DNA of 63,853 bases, counting the filler, from Stramenopiles sp. TOSAG23-3 (lineage: Eukaryota), in NCBI GenBank assembly GCA_900128585.1. It is 3 parts of 3 records of this genome, joined end to end, with 100 filler letters (N's around TTAATTAATTAA, not from the genome) between each part and the next. Parts side by side here need not be neighbours in the genome. Positions count along the whole stretch, not along the records: positions 21,880 to 43,575 come from LT642351.1; 2 more parts are not named here. The stretch is one strand, 5' to 3'. The translations under genes were made by a program, and so were the position numbers. Of this stretch, positions 21,780 to 32,870 are shown piece by piece. The notes under the pieces are model-generated. The model was not told where the DNA came from, searched no databases, and saw only the letters and a program-made list of their open reading frames with translations. Within the stretch, counting starts at the first letter, position 1. The number at the start of each line of letters is the position of its first letter.

Positions 21780-21879
21780 NNNNNNNNNNNNNNNNNNNNN
21801 NNNNNNNNNNNNNNNNNNNNNNNTTAATTAATTAANNNNNNNNNNNNNNNNNNNNNNNNNNNNNNNNNNNNNNNNNNNN
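21780..21879. other. Artificial contig linker (44N-TTAATTAATTAA-44N)
   Basis: Exactly 100 bp with stops in all six frames; identical copy at 43576. Confidence 0.97.
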
Positions 21880-23634
21880 CGGGTTTACGTATCCGTTCGT
21901 CCTTGCTATCCACGATGCGAACATATTGTAATGTTGCCTTCCTATATCGGTCCCATACCCCAAACTGTACTTTTCCAGGCGTTTCCTGCTTTCGACGTTG
22001 GTGACAAACACAAGTATCTTGTCCAGGGCATGCCGTTTCACGAAATTGTACACCCACTTTTTTTGGGGATCTATTCGAGTATCTGTAAATTGATCACTAC
22101 CGTATGTGACAATGGTGTCCCAAGAAAGGTCTTGGATGATATGCTTCAACATATTAGCCCGTTTGGTTCCGTCTTCAAACAAGGGGGCGCACGTTCTGCA
22201 AGTCAGCGGATCCGCTGGTACGAAGAAGACTCTAGATGCGCCAAGCACAACTACAGAATGCCACAGTGCGATCAATTTTTTCTCGTCGAACTCTGATAAA
22301 GTTACAACGAGCCAGCAGCCGCCTCGAAGAATGGAATTACCGCCGTGCAAAATGGCATCTTCGCCTCGAAGAACTACCATTAAATGGTTCTCATTGCATT
22401 CGAATTCTTCAAGCGATTCCAACGAACGCATGTACCCATCAATGGAAGTACACGTTTTGATTTTCTCATTTGGTGCAGACTGCGATTCCTTCGCTATCTC
22501 TTGTTTGACCAAAAAATCGTAAAAGTGGTCGATGTTTGAACCCTGCTCGTAGAATGTTTTTCGAACTGGCAGGTCTTTGCGCAACTGCTGCGGTGCAAAC
22601 AAGGGCAGAATGCTGGCCAGAGCAAAACCGTTGTAATGTCGGAAGTTTCTTCCCAGCACGAGAATCCCCCCCCGCTTTAAGACCCTATAAATTGCAGCCA
22701 TTACAGCTTCTGTCTCATCCATTTCAGACTTATCGTGACGCCATCCAAAAACACCGTTCAGTATTGCAACGTCTACGCTGCCGGGGTCTAAGTATTTTCC
22801 TATGTTTGCAGCTTCATCGACAATGTGCACGTCTCTACTCCCGAAAATAGATGCCCCTTTTGCATGGTCCAAAGTAATAAAGTGTGTGGAAGGAGAAATT
22901 CTCTTGATCTCGTGCTCTTGAACCACAGAATAAATGGCTGAACCAACACTCAGGACCTTTTCAGGACGTCTCCGGGCAATTTCAGGAAGTATCACTTGAT
23001 TCAAGTAGCGACGATCAGCGCGTATTGTAAAATTAATAAGGTCGCCCGTTAGCGAACACGTTAACGTTTTATTTGTTACTGGGCACCTCATTGTTTTGTT
23101 TGTCGCCTGGTCAATCGATTCAAAGCGTTGCGGAAGGCATGAAGTCGTGCAAATATCGTACGCCGAATGCATGCTTTTTACCATGTCTGCATACGCCCCG
23201 TTTATATGAGCCGTGCATGCAGCACTAAAGTGCTGATGAAACATCCCTTTTCTCCCCGAGCTAAATTGCATCCATGTAGCGGCGTAATGGTGCACTGCTA
23301 CACTATTTTTGTATGCAGCAGTGCAATTGTTATGTTCTATACAATTAAAGTCAGCCTCCATTGATGACTTATTCAAAGGGGCGACTGGGTAGAACACCGA
23401 AGGCTTGAAAATCATCATGTCACTCGTGTGAAACCACAATCTGTACATCTCTACCGTTTCTGAAAATGCATGGGGCCCTGTTGTGTCTGTGATGTATTCG
23501 TGCGGTCGTTTGGCGTGTCTTCTCGCCATCTCTTGCAAGAAGACCCACCAGAACGGATGTCTTGGAACGGACGCCATCCAAGCGTTTGGGACTTCAAATT
23601 TTTCATAGTTGCTTTCGTGTTCTGCCATGTACAA
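21880..23634 (-). CDS. Fusion: partial GT32-like glycosyltransferase + SAM methyltransferase + degenerate PIG-L/LmbE-like domain; 3' end cut by contig end
   Basis: NAWMAS.P.HPFW, TTGP, AVHHYAATW (GT32 C-half); VLSVG, DVAILNGVFGW, RVLKRGG (MTase); LMVVLRGEDAILHGG...WDTIVTY (PIG-L-like). Confidence 0.65.
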
Positions 23635-24471
23635 ATCGTAGCTGTCGCCGGTCCATCGCGGCCATTTGAATTCGTAAACTTTTCATTTGAATTCGTAAAC
23701 TTTTTCTACCACCGCACACGACGAAGATCTATTCTTTTTCTGAAATAATTCCCTCTTTCATGATGGAACTTAAAATAACCAAATACAATTGTAAATTATA
23801 CACAAGGGTTTCAATCGGTTAATAATAGTACACTTCTTTCATTGAACGAACGCGTTTTATTCACTCACTCGTCGTCGTACATTTTTTTTCCACCATAATA
23901 ATTATAATATCATATCATCATATTTCTCCATATTTTTTTATTATTATTTATTATAATACTCCTCTGTTATCTATTCGTCTAATAATTAAACAACCGTACC
24001 TCCTACTGTACCTGTACTACTACTAACAACAAACACCATTATTTATCTCTTCTTTGAACCTGTTGTCATTAAAACGCTGTAACGGTCGAGGTCGAGCAGC
24101 ATCCATCATATATAGGTTTAGGTTTACGGTTAGGGTTAGAAAAAAAAATAAAAAATATAATAAAATAATAATACAGTAAAATCTTATTTTATTTTTTTAT
24201 CTTTTTTTTTTCTTCTCACCTACTCCTCCTACTCCTCACATCGGTCACATCGTCGTCGTTCCCTCCGGAGGATTGCTTTCTTCTATTGATGCAAACGTTC
24301 GCGAATTTGTAGCAGAAATCCGGAGGATAGCTTTCTTCTATTGATACAACCGTTCGTGAATTTGAAGCAGAAACGGTATCCACTAACGTTACTCGAAAGG
24401 GATAAGAAAAGCAACAAAAACTCTTGTTAAAAGGAACTCTACCCTTGATTAACGTACTATTTTTCAAGACG

Positions 24472-26019
24472 ATGGCCGCCACGTACGCCTGGGTTTTGTT
24501 TACATTACTTTTCGCAAATGCGTCTGCGAGGAATAGTCTAGCAAAAACGCCCCCGATGGGCTGGATGTCGTGGGAGCTGTTTCGTTGTGATGTTGACTGT
24601 GCTAGTGATCCGGACATGTGTATTTCCGAGAAGTTGTACCGTGCACAAACGGACGCGTTGAAAAGCGGCGGGTACGTTGAGGCAGGGTACGTGGGGATTC
24701 ACATGGATGACTGCTGGCCGGAGAAGTATCCACCACGCGACCCTCGGACCGGCAAACTCAGGCCGAACGCCACCCGTTTCCCGTCTGGACTAAAAGCACT
24801 GGGCGACTATATCCACAGCAAGGGGGCCCGGTTTGGTTTGTATACAGCAGAATCCCCAAGCACGTGTGGTGGCTACCCCGGCAGCGCCCCGGACCACGAG
24901 GGTCTCGACGCCAAGACGTTTGCATCATGGGGAGTCGACTACTTGAAAGTGGACGGGTGCGGGGACCCCGGATATTACAAGGGTGGTTACAAGGCCATGG
25001 GCAACGCCTTGGAGGAAAGCGGGCGGGGGATAGTGTACTCTTGCAGCTGGCCGGCGTACATTAATGGCGGAAACGAAACCTTGCAGCCTTTCGGGGAGTT
25101 CATCATGGACGGCTGTAACTTGTGGCGAAATTGGCACGACATCCAGTGCAATTGGGACTCCCTCAGCAGCATTATCGATCACTGGGGGGACTACGGGTCG
25201 AGCCTGGCACCGTTCGCCGGCCCCGGGCACTGGCACGACATGGACATGCTTCTGATCGGTGCGAAATGCGTAAGCGAAAACGAAGAGCGGACGCAAATGG
25301 CAATATGGTCCATCTCTGCCGCACCGTTGATCATGGGGAATGATTTGCGAGCCGTGCCCTCCGCCAGCAGGGAAATCCTTTTGAACCAAGACGCCATCGC
25401 GGTGAACCAGGATGCCTTGGGTCAAATGGGCATTCGGCTGACTGAAAGCGCGGATGCACGGACGCAAGTATGGTACCGCAATCTTGAAAATGGCGACGTA
25501 GCGGTTGCACTTTACTACAAGGCTGCTGCGGTCCCGATAACCCCCCCGTTCGACAATTCTACGGAGAATTGCGAAGGGGACATTTGGGTTGCCACCGAAG
25601 GCAGGTACTACGAGGCGTGTGGAGGTGCGGGCGGGGACGTGGGAAGCTTTGAAGGGAATACCGCAGCAGAGGCAAAGGCCAAGTGCTGCAGCAACAGCGT
25701 CTGCGCGGGCTTTAGCATCAACGAAGGCGGGGACGGGTTCTACAAAGAAAACGCGAATTGCGGGGTAAGGACAAACAAAGCATTCAATGGGTACACTCGA
25801 AAGAGTGCCATCCCAAACACACCACCCCTTAATTCTTCGGCCGACATTACGGTGAACTTTGCCGACGTGCACCTCTACGGACCCGTCCAAGTCTATGACA
25901 TTTGGGAACAGAAAACGCTGGGAACTTTCAAAGGCAGTTATACCGCAAAGTCTGTTCCGTACCACGGCACCGCATTTCTTCGGTTAAGTTCAATCGAAAA
26001 AAGAGAGAAGCATAGATGA
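24472..26019 (+). CDS. NAGA: GH27 alpha-N-acetylgalactosaminidase with Cys-rich insert
   Basis: ATG at 24472, signal peptide; TPPMGWMSW, DDCW, DYLKVDGC, YSCSWPAY (NAGA-type), CNLWRN, DMDML. Confidence 0.9.
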   Translation: MAATYAWVLFTLLFANASARNSLAKTPPMGWMSWELFRCDVDCASDPDMCISEKLYRAQTDALKSGGYVEAGYVGIHMDDCWPEKYPPRDPRTGKLRPNATRFPSGLKALGDYIHSKGARFGLYTAESPSTCGGYPGSAPDHEGLDAKTFASWGVDYLKVDGCGDPGYYKGGYKAMGNALEESGRGIVYSCSWPAYINGGNETLQPFGEFIMDGCNLWRNWHDIQCNWDSLSSIIDHWGDYGSSLAPFAGPGHWHDMDMLLIGAKCVSENEERTQMAIWSISAAPLIMGNDLRAVPSASREILLNQDAIAVNQDALGQMGIRLTESADARTQVWYRNLENGDVAVALYYKAAAVPITPPFDNSTENCEGDIWVATEGRYYEACGGAGGDVGSFEGNTAAEAKAKCCSNSVCAGFSINEGGDGFYKENANCGVRTNKAFNGYTRKSAIPNTPPLNSSADITVNFADVHLYGPVQVYDIWEQKTLGTFKGSYTAKSVPYHGTAFLRLSSIEKREKHR

Positions 26020-26845
26020 ATTGCCCTATTACTAACCATTATCCCCAATCAACATATTTACGGTAAACTACAGATTGTATACTAAAACTATAGTTCATAC
26101 ATTAATTGAATTAACTACCATAAAAACGAAACTAAACACCAAAAAGTGAGGTCCGAATTGAGGATACTATAAATATGTAACGTTAACAAATTATACAATA
26201 TAAGTTCCAATTATTTACATATTAATCATATCTTAATGTTTTACACTGTTTAAATAATATACATTGTATTTATTGAGGAAAGAGAAGCGAGGAAAGCATC
26301 TTCCAAAAAAAAAAAAAAAGAGGGGCGATAACAGATAGCACGAATATATATACAAGTACAATTTTCTTGTATTATAAATAGAATACGTTTTAATTTGGAT
26401 GAAATATTAATAATACCATAGCATTGGATATAGTTTAAAATACATGAAATAATAGAGAGGATGGAAGGAAATCGTATTCTGTCGTATTCTATTGATCCTA
26501 TTTAATATATACTTAGAATCTAATTGATTTTTTAGAACATTTAGGCTTAGCGGCTTAGCGCTTAGCTCGCGTCGCGGCTCTCGAAGGTAATTAATGGTGA
26601 AATTAAGAAACGAAGGTATTTTGTAAAAGAAGTACACGTAAGAAGGTAAAATGAACATCAGCGGATGATGTGGAAGTGACAGAGAAGGTGTGGACAGTGA
26701 GATAGAAATTAGATTGTGTTTGATCGAGGAAACGAGTACGTTATCTAACAAGAGTATTTGTTGAGGAAGGCGTTCGTACGAAAGAAAGAAAGAAACGGTT
26801 GTAAGTGTTTGAAGTACTTTCTCTCTGTGTCTTGTGTTAAAAACA

Positions 26846-29152
26846 ATGGTTGCACGTCGTTCCACCGTAGCTTTAGTGGTGTGTCTGGTAGTTTTCCTTT
26901 CCAGTTGCAGCAACGTAGATGCGGTCCCCTTGTCAAAAAGGGGCATTAATGGCAGAACTCCGTCGGGGGTTCTCTCTGCACAGGAAGCAGTTCACACTGG
27001 AAATAGTTTGACTGGTTCCACCGGTTCCACCGGCGCGACTGGGAGTGCGTCTGGTGCAACTGGCCTTACAGGCGCAACCGGCGCGGTTGCCGAGCCGGTG
27101 AAGGATATCTGTGGTTCTTGCCTAACGGACACCCGCAGTTTCGAAAGCTTGTTGGCCAAGAACAAAACGGCGCAAAAGTACCTGGCAAAGTCAATGGAAT
27201 TCTTTTGCAAAGAGCGCTTAATGAAACAATTTGAGCTGAAGAAAAGGAACAGACTCTTGGCCCTTGCAGCGATGGCCGCAACGGCGGGCACTGGTGCCAC
27301 TGGTAGCACCGGGGCCAGCGGCAACACGGGGGCCAGCGGCAACACGGGCGCCAGCGGCAACACGGGGGCCAACGGCAAAACTGGTGCCACTGGCACTGGT
27401 TCTCTGCGTGCGACCAGATCAGTCGGCACAGTGAAAACCGAACCCAGCGTGGTACGAAGGGGTCGGAAAATTCGGAGTACGACCGCTCTTCTGGACATCA
27501 TGGAAGTTATTTCCTCGGAAGAAGCTGGTGCCACAGCGTCCTTTGGTGCCACAGGAGGAGAGACGGCTGGAACTGGCTCAACAGGAGCATCTGGAGCCAC
27601 GGGCCTGCCACGCGCCCACAAGCATTCTTTTACCGGTGCAACGGGCGTTTCGCCCGCAACCCAAGGCAACCGCACGTACCAATACGAATGGTACACGAAG
27701 CAGTTGAACAAGTCGTTGACCATGCAGGAAAACCACCACGCTGTTCTTCGCCAGAAAATGATCAATTACGGCGTCTCGGTGGATTCGTACGCAGGAGAAG
27801 CTGCCCACGATGGCGGGACGGGCGCCGCGTCCCACGGCCCAGAACCAATTTCGTACGCCGATCACGTCCGCGTCAAGGAAATACACCAGCTTGCCAAGCG
27901 CAACAACAGGGTCACGGAAATGGAAGCAAACATGGTAAGCAACATGAAGGCAGCCGGCATTCGCGACGAAAAGCACTTAGATGCTTTGATTGCAAAGAGA
28001 GACGGCAAAGACATGACACCAAAATTGCCCGCGTTGGAAAAGGTTGACCCGTACGAACTGTGGGAGAACAACCCAGACTTGAAAGATGCCTACAAGTTGA
28101 CCACCCCAGGCATTGCCCTTCGCTGCCAGAATGGGGCAGAGGTGTACCGTGTAGGCGGCTACACCATTGGCGACAGCGACTTAGAATTCCACCAAACACT
28201 TGGGTTCTGTCACACCATTGGCCAATGCGGTTTGGCGGAGACCAAACGCCGCAAGCAGGATCGTGCGGATCTTGAAAAGGCGAAAGAAGCGGCCAGCATT
28301 GCGGGGCTGCAGAACATTTCCAACTCGATCCAGAAAGGCGCCCTCAAGCCGTCGAAAGACGCCGCGCTGGAGACCGAGCGAAAAGCAAATGAAACGAAAA
28401 CGAAAATGCTCAAGCTTGTAAAGTCAAGCGAGAACGACGCCAACAAGAACGCAGAAATGAAAAAGTGCGTCAACTACACCCGCGACTTCTTCGAAGAAGC
28501 CGTACAGGTACAAAAGGTTAGCGAAAGCGACATGGCAGGGTTGGTGAAGAACTTGTGCTTGAACCACTTGGTAATGCCGATGCACCCGCAGGGCATCACG
28601 CGGTACAGCGCAAGGCGAAATTGTGACCGCGCAGCGAAAATTTTAGAGAATGTCGGGGATGCGCCCACCGTAGGTGATTTGAGTGAGTATTGCGGGCAAA
28701 TAGCTAGTGGACCCGAGGAACCCCCTGCAGACACCCCAGAATTTGAGCTACGGGCATACATGAGTGATTCCGCAAAGTTAGAAAAAGAAGAGAGAGAAGA
28801 ATTGAGAGACGGTCTCCAAAAACCAGATAGTAAGGATAGTAAGGATAGTAAGAACCAAGACGCTTCATTGGCAAGGTCCATGACCCCAGAATTGAAATCG
28901 AAGATGATGCCAAAGGGAGAAGTGAGCGATGCACAGTGGGATAGAGCGATCAAAGGCGTCAGCGAAAACATCCACGACTCAAAGAAAGTCACTAGTAGTG
29001 TGAACGATATTGCCAGGACTTTAGTAGATGCGAAAGCGAAAAATGATCAGCACGTACAAAAAGACGAAACTGTACTGAGGTATGCGACCGATATCATGGA
29101 AGGTCCACAACCAACCACAGAAGATTTGAAGGAACACAAGCCGGCTGCCTGA
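26846..29152 (+). CDS. Secreted Gly/Ala/Thr-repeat protein with saposin-like Cys patterns
   Basis: ATG at 26846, signal peptide; TGATG/TGASGN repeats; Cys spacing C-x2-C-x28-C...C-x27-C-x5-C. Confidence 0.7.
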   Translation: MVARRSTVALVVCLVVFLSSCSNVDAVPLSKRGINGRTPSGVLSAQEAVHTGNSLTGSTGSTGATGSASGATGLTGATGAVAEPVKDICGSCLTDTRSFESLLAKNKTAQKYLAKSMEFFCKERLMKQFELKKRNRLLALAAMAATAGTGATGSTGASGNTGASGNTGASGNTGANGKTGATGTGSLRATRSVGTVKTEPSVVRRGRKIRSTTALLDIMEVISSEEAGATASFGATGGETAGTGSTGASGATGLPRAHKHSFTGATGVSPATQGNRTYQYEWYTKQLNKSLTMQENHHAVLRQKMINYGVSVDSYAGEAAHDGGTGAASHGPEPISYADHVRVKEIHQLAKRNNRVTEMEANMVSNMKAAGIRDEKHLDALIAKRDGKDMTPKLPALEKVDPYELWENNPDLKDAYKLTTPGIALRCQNGAEVYRVGGYTIGDSDLEFHQTLGFCHTIGQCGLAETKRRKQDRADLEKAKEAASIAGLQNISNSIQKGALKPSKDAALETERKANETKTKMLKLVKSSENDANKNAEMKKCVNYTRDFFEEAVQVQKVSESDMAGLVKNLCLNHLVMPMHPQGITRYSARRNCDRAAKILENVGDAPTVGDLSEYCGQIASGPEEPPADTPEFELRAYMSDSAKLEKEEREELRDGLQKPDSKDSKDSKNQDASLARSMTPELKSKMMPKGEVSDAQWDRAIKGVSENIHDSKKVTSSVNDIARTLVDAKAKNDQHVQKDETVLRYATDIMEGPQPTTEDLKEHKPAA

Positions 29153-29356
29153 ATTTTTCTTAACTTCAGATAGCGAGCGGAGTGATGGAGGCTTGTGCCA
29201 GAGAAAGTAAACTTTTAAATTATATATATATTACGCGTAGTAGTGTATTTGCTCTGATCTTTAAAAAAAATATTAACACGCGCGTTAATCACATAAGATA
29301 TCTTAATTATTTTCTTCTTTCCTGTAAATTTCGGCGTCACGCGGTAACGGCGCTTT

Positions 29357-30703
29357 CTACAAACACCCGGAAAAATCTCCGTTCGCCGCTTTCCCACTAG
29401 GTGCCTTCAGGCTCAACCGAAAAAATTTAACACCGTGAGCTGCGACGGGATATGTCGAAGACCCGCAAACTGGCCCAGCGTCCTTTTTCTGTATGACGTC
29501 TCTGGCGTACGCGCGTTTAGCATACACCCCGTTCCATTTCAAATATTGCAGGTCCAACGCACACCCTTTCTGGCCCGAGTCCTCTGGGTTGTACAGTACG
29601 ACCGCCAGATCACCATTTTGTAGCGGTCGGGACCACACCTCGCACCCATGACCATGTACCGCATCAAGCACCCTCCCTCCCGCAACACCCATCTTGTCTT
29701 GGTTAATTTCAATTATTTCAGAGTTGGTGAGGAGCCCCAGGGACCCTTTCGTTAGGTTACGAATATCGTTGCCCATTATCATCGGCGCAGCGACTATGCT
29801 CCATATTGCCATCTGGGTCTCCCCCTCCACCAAGGTAATACAGTCGTTCCCAACAATCAGCATGTCGGGGTCATTCCAGTGCCCTGGGCCCGCCGCCGCA
29901 ATCAGGGGCTCACTAAAATTTCCCCAGTGGTCAATAATGGACTTGAGGGAGGTCCACTCGCACTGTATGTCATCCCAGTTTCGCCACAAATTGCACCCTG
30001 CTTTGATCATATCGCCAAACGGTTTCGCACCTTCGTTGTCACCGAGGTACGCAGGCCAAGAACAGGAGTACGTTATGTTTCTATTGGTGCTTGCCAACGC
30101 AGACCCAAATTTTGGGTACCCAACAGCAAAACCTGTTTCGTTGTTGTAGCAGCCATCAAGTTTTAAATAATCAATACCCCACGACGCAAACAGATTCGCA
30201 TCGATGGTTTCAAACCCTTCCGATCCAGGGTAGTGCTGGCAAGTTTCTTTGCCTTCGTCTTCGTAGATACCAAATTTTACTTTTTTGCTGTGCACGTAAT
30301 CACTAAGAGCCTTCATCCCGCTGGGAAACCTGGTCTTATTTTCCACCAAGTTCATGCTAGTCGGATCACGTTCCCAGCTCAACCAACAATCGTCAATGGA
30401 GATGGTGTCATAACCAGCATCTAAGAAGCCATCCTTTACCAAAGTATCTGTCATTTCTTTGAAGAGACGCTCGGAGATACAACTTTCTGGATGCAGGTTG
30501 CAGTCCACTTCGCACCTGAACACTTGCCACGACATCCACCCCATGGGCGGTGTTCTGGCAAGAGACGGATTATTGGGCGATGGCATTGCGTCCAAAATTT
30601 GACCGTTATTGCCTTCTACATGCTGCGCAAAACCGCAGGAAAAAAAGTTCACCAAAAGCAAAAATACGGCGGCAGCACAGTGCACTCGATAGTTCGCAGG
30701 CAT
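29357..30703 (-). CDS. NAGA: Second GH27 alpha-N-acetylgalactosaminidase
   Basis: ATG at 30703, signal peptide; TPPMGWMSW, IDDCW, DYLKLDGC, YSCSWPAY, WNDPDML. Confidence 0.92.
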   Translation of the reverse strand: MPANYRVHCAAAVFLLLVNFFSCGFAQHVEGNNGQILDAMPSPNNPSLARTPPMGWMSWQVFRCEVDCNLHPESCISERLFKEMTDTLVKDGFLDAGYDTISIDDCWLSWERDPTSMNLVENKTRFPSGMKALSDYVHSKKVKFGIYEDEGKETCQHYPGSEGFETIDANLFASWGIDYLKLDGCYNNETGFAVGYPKFGSALASTNRNITYSCSWPAYLGDNEGAKPFGDMIKAGCNLWRNWDDIQCEWTSLKSIIDHWGNFSEPLIAAAGPGHWNDPDMLIVGNDCITLVEGETQMAIWSIVAAPMIMGNDIRNLTKGSLGLLTNSEIIEINQDKMGVAGGRVLDAVHGHGCEVWSRPLQNGDLAVVLYNPEDSGQKGCALDLQYLKWNGVYAKRAYARDVIQKKDAGPVCGSSTYPVAAHGVKFFRLSLKAPSGKAANGDFSGCL

Positions 30704-31017
30704 GGTGGTTGTTGCTGTCGTATTCAAATTGGTGTCACGAAAGCTGCGACTCGTAACAATTAACTTCAGTACTTTGATGCCGTGTTAACAATAACGTCTG
30801 GTACTGCCTGCAAATATTTTCCCATTCTAGATTGGTTGATTATGTTATTGTCAATTCGTATAAGACTATCATCAAACTACGGGGAGATCATTATTTGTTG
30901 TTGCGAGAAGAACAATTATAATATCTCATCATCATTTATAATTAATAAATAATATAATAATAGAGGAGACGACTAAATAATAAAAAATAATAAAATAAAA
31001 AAAAATGGGGTCGGGTT

Positions 31018-31290
31018 GAAGAAGAAGAGAGAAGAAACAACAAGGACACAACATGTACTATCTACAGAAAAATCAATCTATATAAGAAAAACAAAAAAAC
31101 AACCAGAAGAAAGAAGAAGAAGACGAAAAACGACAAAGAAGAAGAAGAAGAAGAAGAAAGAAGAAGAAAGAAGAAGAAAGAAGAAGAAAGAAGAGAATGA
31201 GAAAAAGAAGACGAAAAACGACAAAGAAGAAGAACAAGAAAGAAGAAGAAAGAAGAAGAAGAAAGAAGAAGAAGAGAGGAACAAATACAA
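31018..31290. repeat. GAA-rich microsatellite / low-complexity tract
   Basis: Purine-rich gaagaa/aaag units; source of several spurious ORFs. Confidence 0.85.
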
Positions 31291-31550
31291 AAACCAAAAC
31301 ACAAAACGAATAAATAAAAAGATGATCGATCGATCGATTGATCGGATGGATTAATAAAATGTATTATTATTATTATTATTATTTTTTTTGACGACGGACG
31401 ATTAATATTTTATATATGTAAATAATTTAACATTAACACAGCAGGAATATTGTTTTTTAATAATGATTATTTTTTTAGACTATATAATAATAATAATAAT
31501 AATACGAAGAATACTGAATCCTTTAAAACCAGAACTATAATGTCAAAATA

Positions 31551-32870
31551 TCAAAACTCTTCATTTAGTTCATGGATGTGTTTTGCCAGGGCACATTTAG
31601 CCGCAAGGGCACTGGCCTGAGAATGCAGCAACACTAAAGTTTCTTTTGTTTCACTTTCTTTCGCATGAATCTGTTCTTTCTCCGCCTCAAATTTTTCGGA
31701 ATCTTCAGAGAGAGAAGCATGTTCCTTTTCCAGTCTCTTCTTCTCTTCAACTTGGTCGTCTCCTAGTGCTGCTTTTGCTGCAAGTAACTCTGAAAGTTTC
31801 TGAGTAATCTCATCGTGGTGGTCAGTATGCTGATTTTTCCGCGACAACATTAATTTATGAGCAGCATGTGCAACCATTTTCGCATGGATGACTGTTTTGT
31901 GGAGCTTCATCAGCGCCTTCCTTTTTTCGTCTTCTTCAGCAATAATAGCAGCTTTTTCAGTAGCAAGCTGTTCCATTTCATTTTCAACGGATGGGCGAGG
32001 GAGAAGTCCTACTCCTTCGTCTTCATTGTCCTGGTCTTCCCCCGCAATTTCCTTGCTTTCCTCAAGCTCCGCAGCCTGCAGGAAGAACACGTCCTCCCTC
32101 TGACAGTGCTCAAGCTTTTTATGAAGTGCTACGTCATGGTCTTCGCTTGCTTGGGACACGAGGGCCGTTAGTTCACGGGACGACTCAACCACGTTTGAAA
32201 AATCAATTTGTACGGCCCCGGCACCATCGCTGGTTGCTTCTTCACTGTTCTCATATTCGCCGTCCTCGTCACTGTTGTACTCCTCTCGTTCTCGTTCCAT
32301 CTGCTCTCTTTTCCTTGCCTCTGCATGCTCGTGAATCGCCATGTAGTCCTTTAATATTTGGCCCTGAGTCACTCTATGTACATAGTGTAACAACGTTCCT
32401 ACGATAAGTTGCGAAAGAATGTACGCGCCCACAAACTCGTGGACTGTCACATTGCAACCGCTACCTGTTCCAGATGTTTCGGACCACCAAACGGCCCCTA
32501 CTGTATACCAAATAATTTCGAGCAAGAGACAAACGCGGTATATGGACTGCAGCCATTTATAAGAGCCGAGGTCCAACGGATCTTTTCGAAAGAATGCCAC
32601 CGTTATTATTATCTGTGGAAAAGACAGAATAGAAGATACGATGAGATAGGTCTGGAGTTTGTACTTGCAGTCCTTTCCTGCAAATGCCCCGTTCGTCCCA
32701 TAAAACAAGGCCGCACCGTTCAGTCCGATCCCATATACTACGGACCAGAGGAGAAACTTGCCTTTATACCCCGACTGGATCTCGACGTCTTTCTCCAACT
32801 TGAAATCTTGCAACGTTCGTGCAGTATACTGAGGCAGCTCCAAGCCCGCTTCTACACCGTTACTGTCCAT
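31551..32870 (-). CDS. Four-TM membrane protein (TMEM272-like topology) with acidic coiled-coil C-terminus
   Basis: Four hydrophobic segments with a luminal Cys pair (DCKYKLQTYL; W..G..WW...C), then a Glu/Lys heptad-rich tail. Confidence 0.7.
   Translation of the reverse strand: MDSNGVEAGLELPQYTARTLQDFKLEKDVEIQSGYKGKFLLWSVVYGIGLNGAALFYGTNGAFAGKDCKYKLQTYLIVSSILSFPQIIITVAFFRKDPLDLGSYKWLQSIYRVCLLLEIIWYTVGAVWWSETSGTGSGCNVTVHEFVGAYILSQLIVGTLLHYVHRVTQGQILKDYMAIHEHAEARKREQMEREREEYNSDEDGEYENSEEATSDGAGAVQIDFSNVVESSRELTALVSQASEDHDVALHKKLEHCQREDVFFLQAAELEESKEIAGEDQDNEDEGVGLLPRPSVENEMEQLATEKAAIIAEEDEKRKALMKLHKTVIHAKMVAHAAHKLMLSRKNQHTDHHDEITQKLSELLAAKAALGDDQVEEKKRLEKEHASLSEDSEKFEAEKEQIHAKESETKETLVLLHSQASALAAKCALAKHIHELNEEF

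Noticed and set aside
21780..21879. TTAATTAATTAA palindrome within N runs (also 43576-43675) as a biological site
   Set aside because: Identical 100-bp six-frame-stop linker used to concatenate contigs; gene adjacency across it is meaningless.
23683..23685. In-frame TGA as selenocysteine or readthrough upstream of the GT32 fusion
   Set aside because: The TGA is created by the 21-bp duplication, the frame closes again shortly upstream without an ATG, and no SECIS was recognised.
24112..24140. Telomere-like TTAGGG/TTTAGG units (also AAACCCTAAACCC near 54568)
   Set aside because: Only 2-4 degenerate units; too short to call a telomere, and a telo-box role cannot be supported from this window.
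24925..25965. Long antisense ORFs (also 6025..6855, 26992..27765, 47262..48437)
   Set aside because: Shadows of well-supported genes on the other strand, with no motifs of their own.
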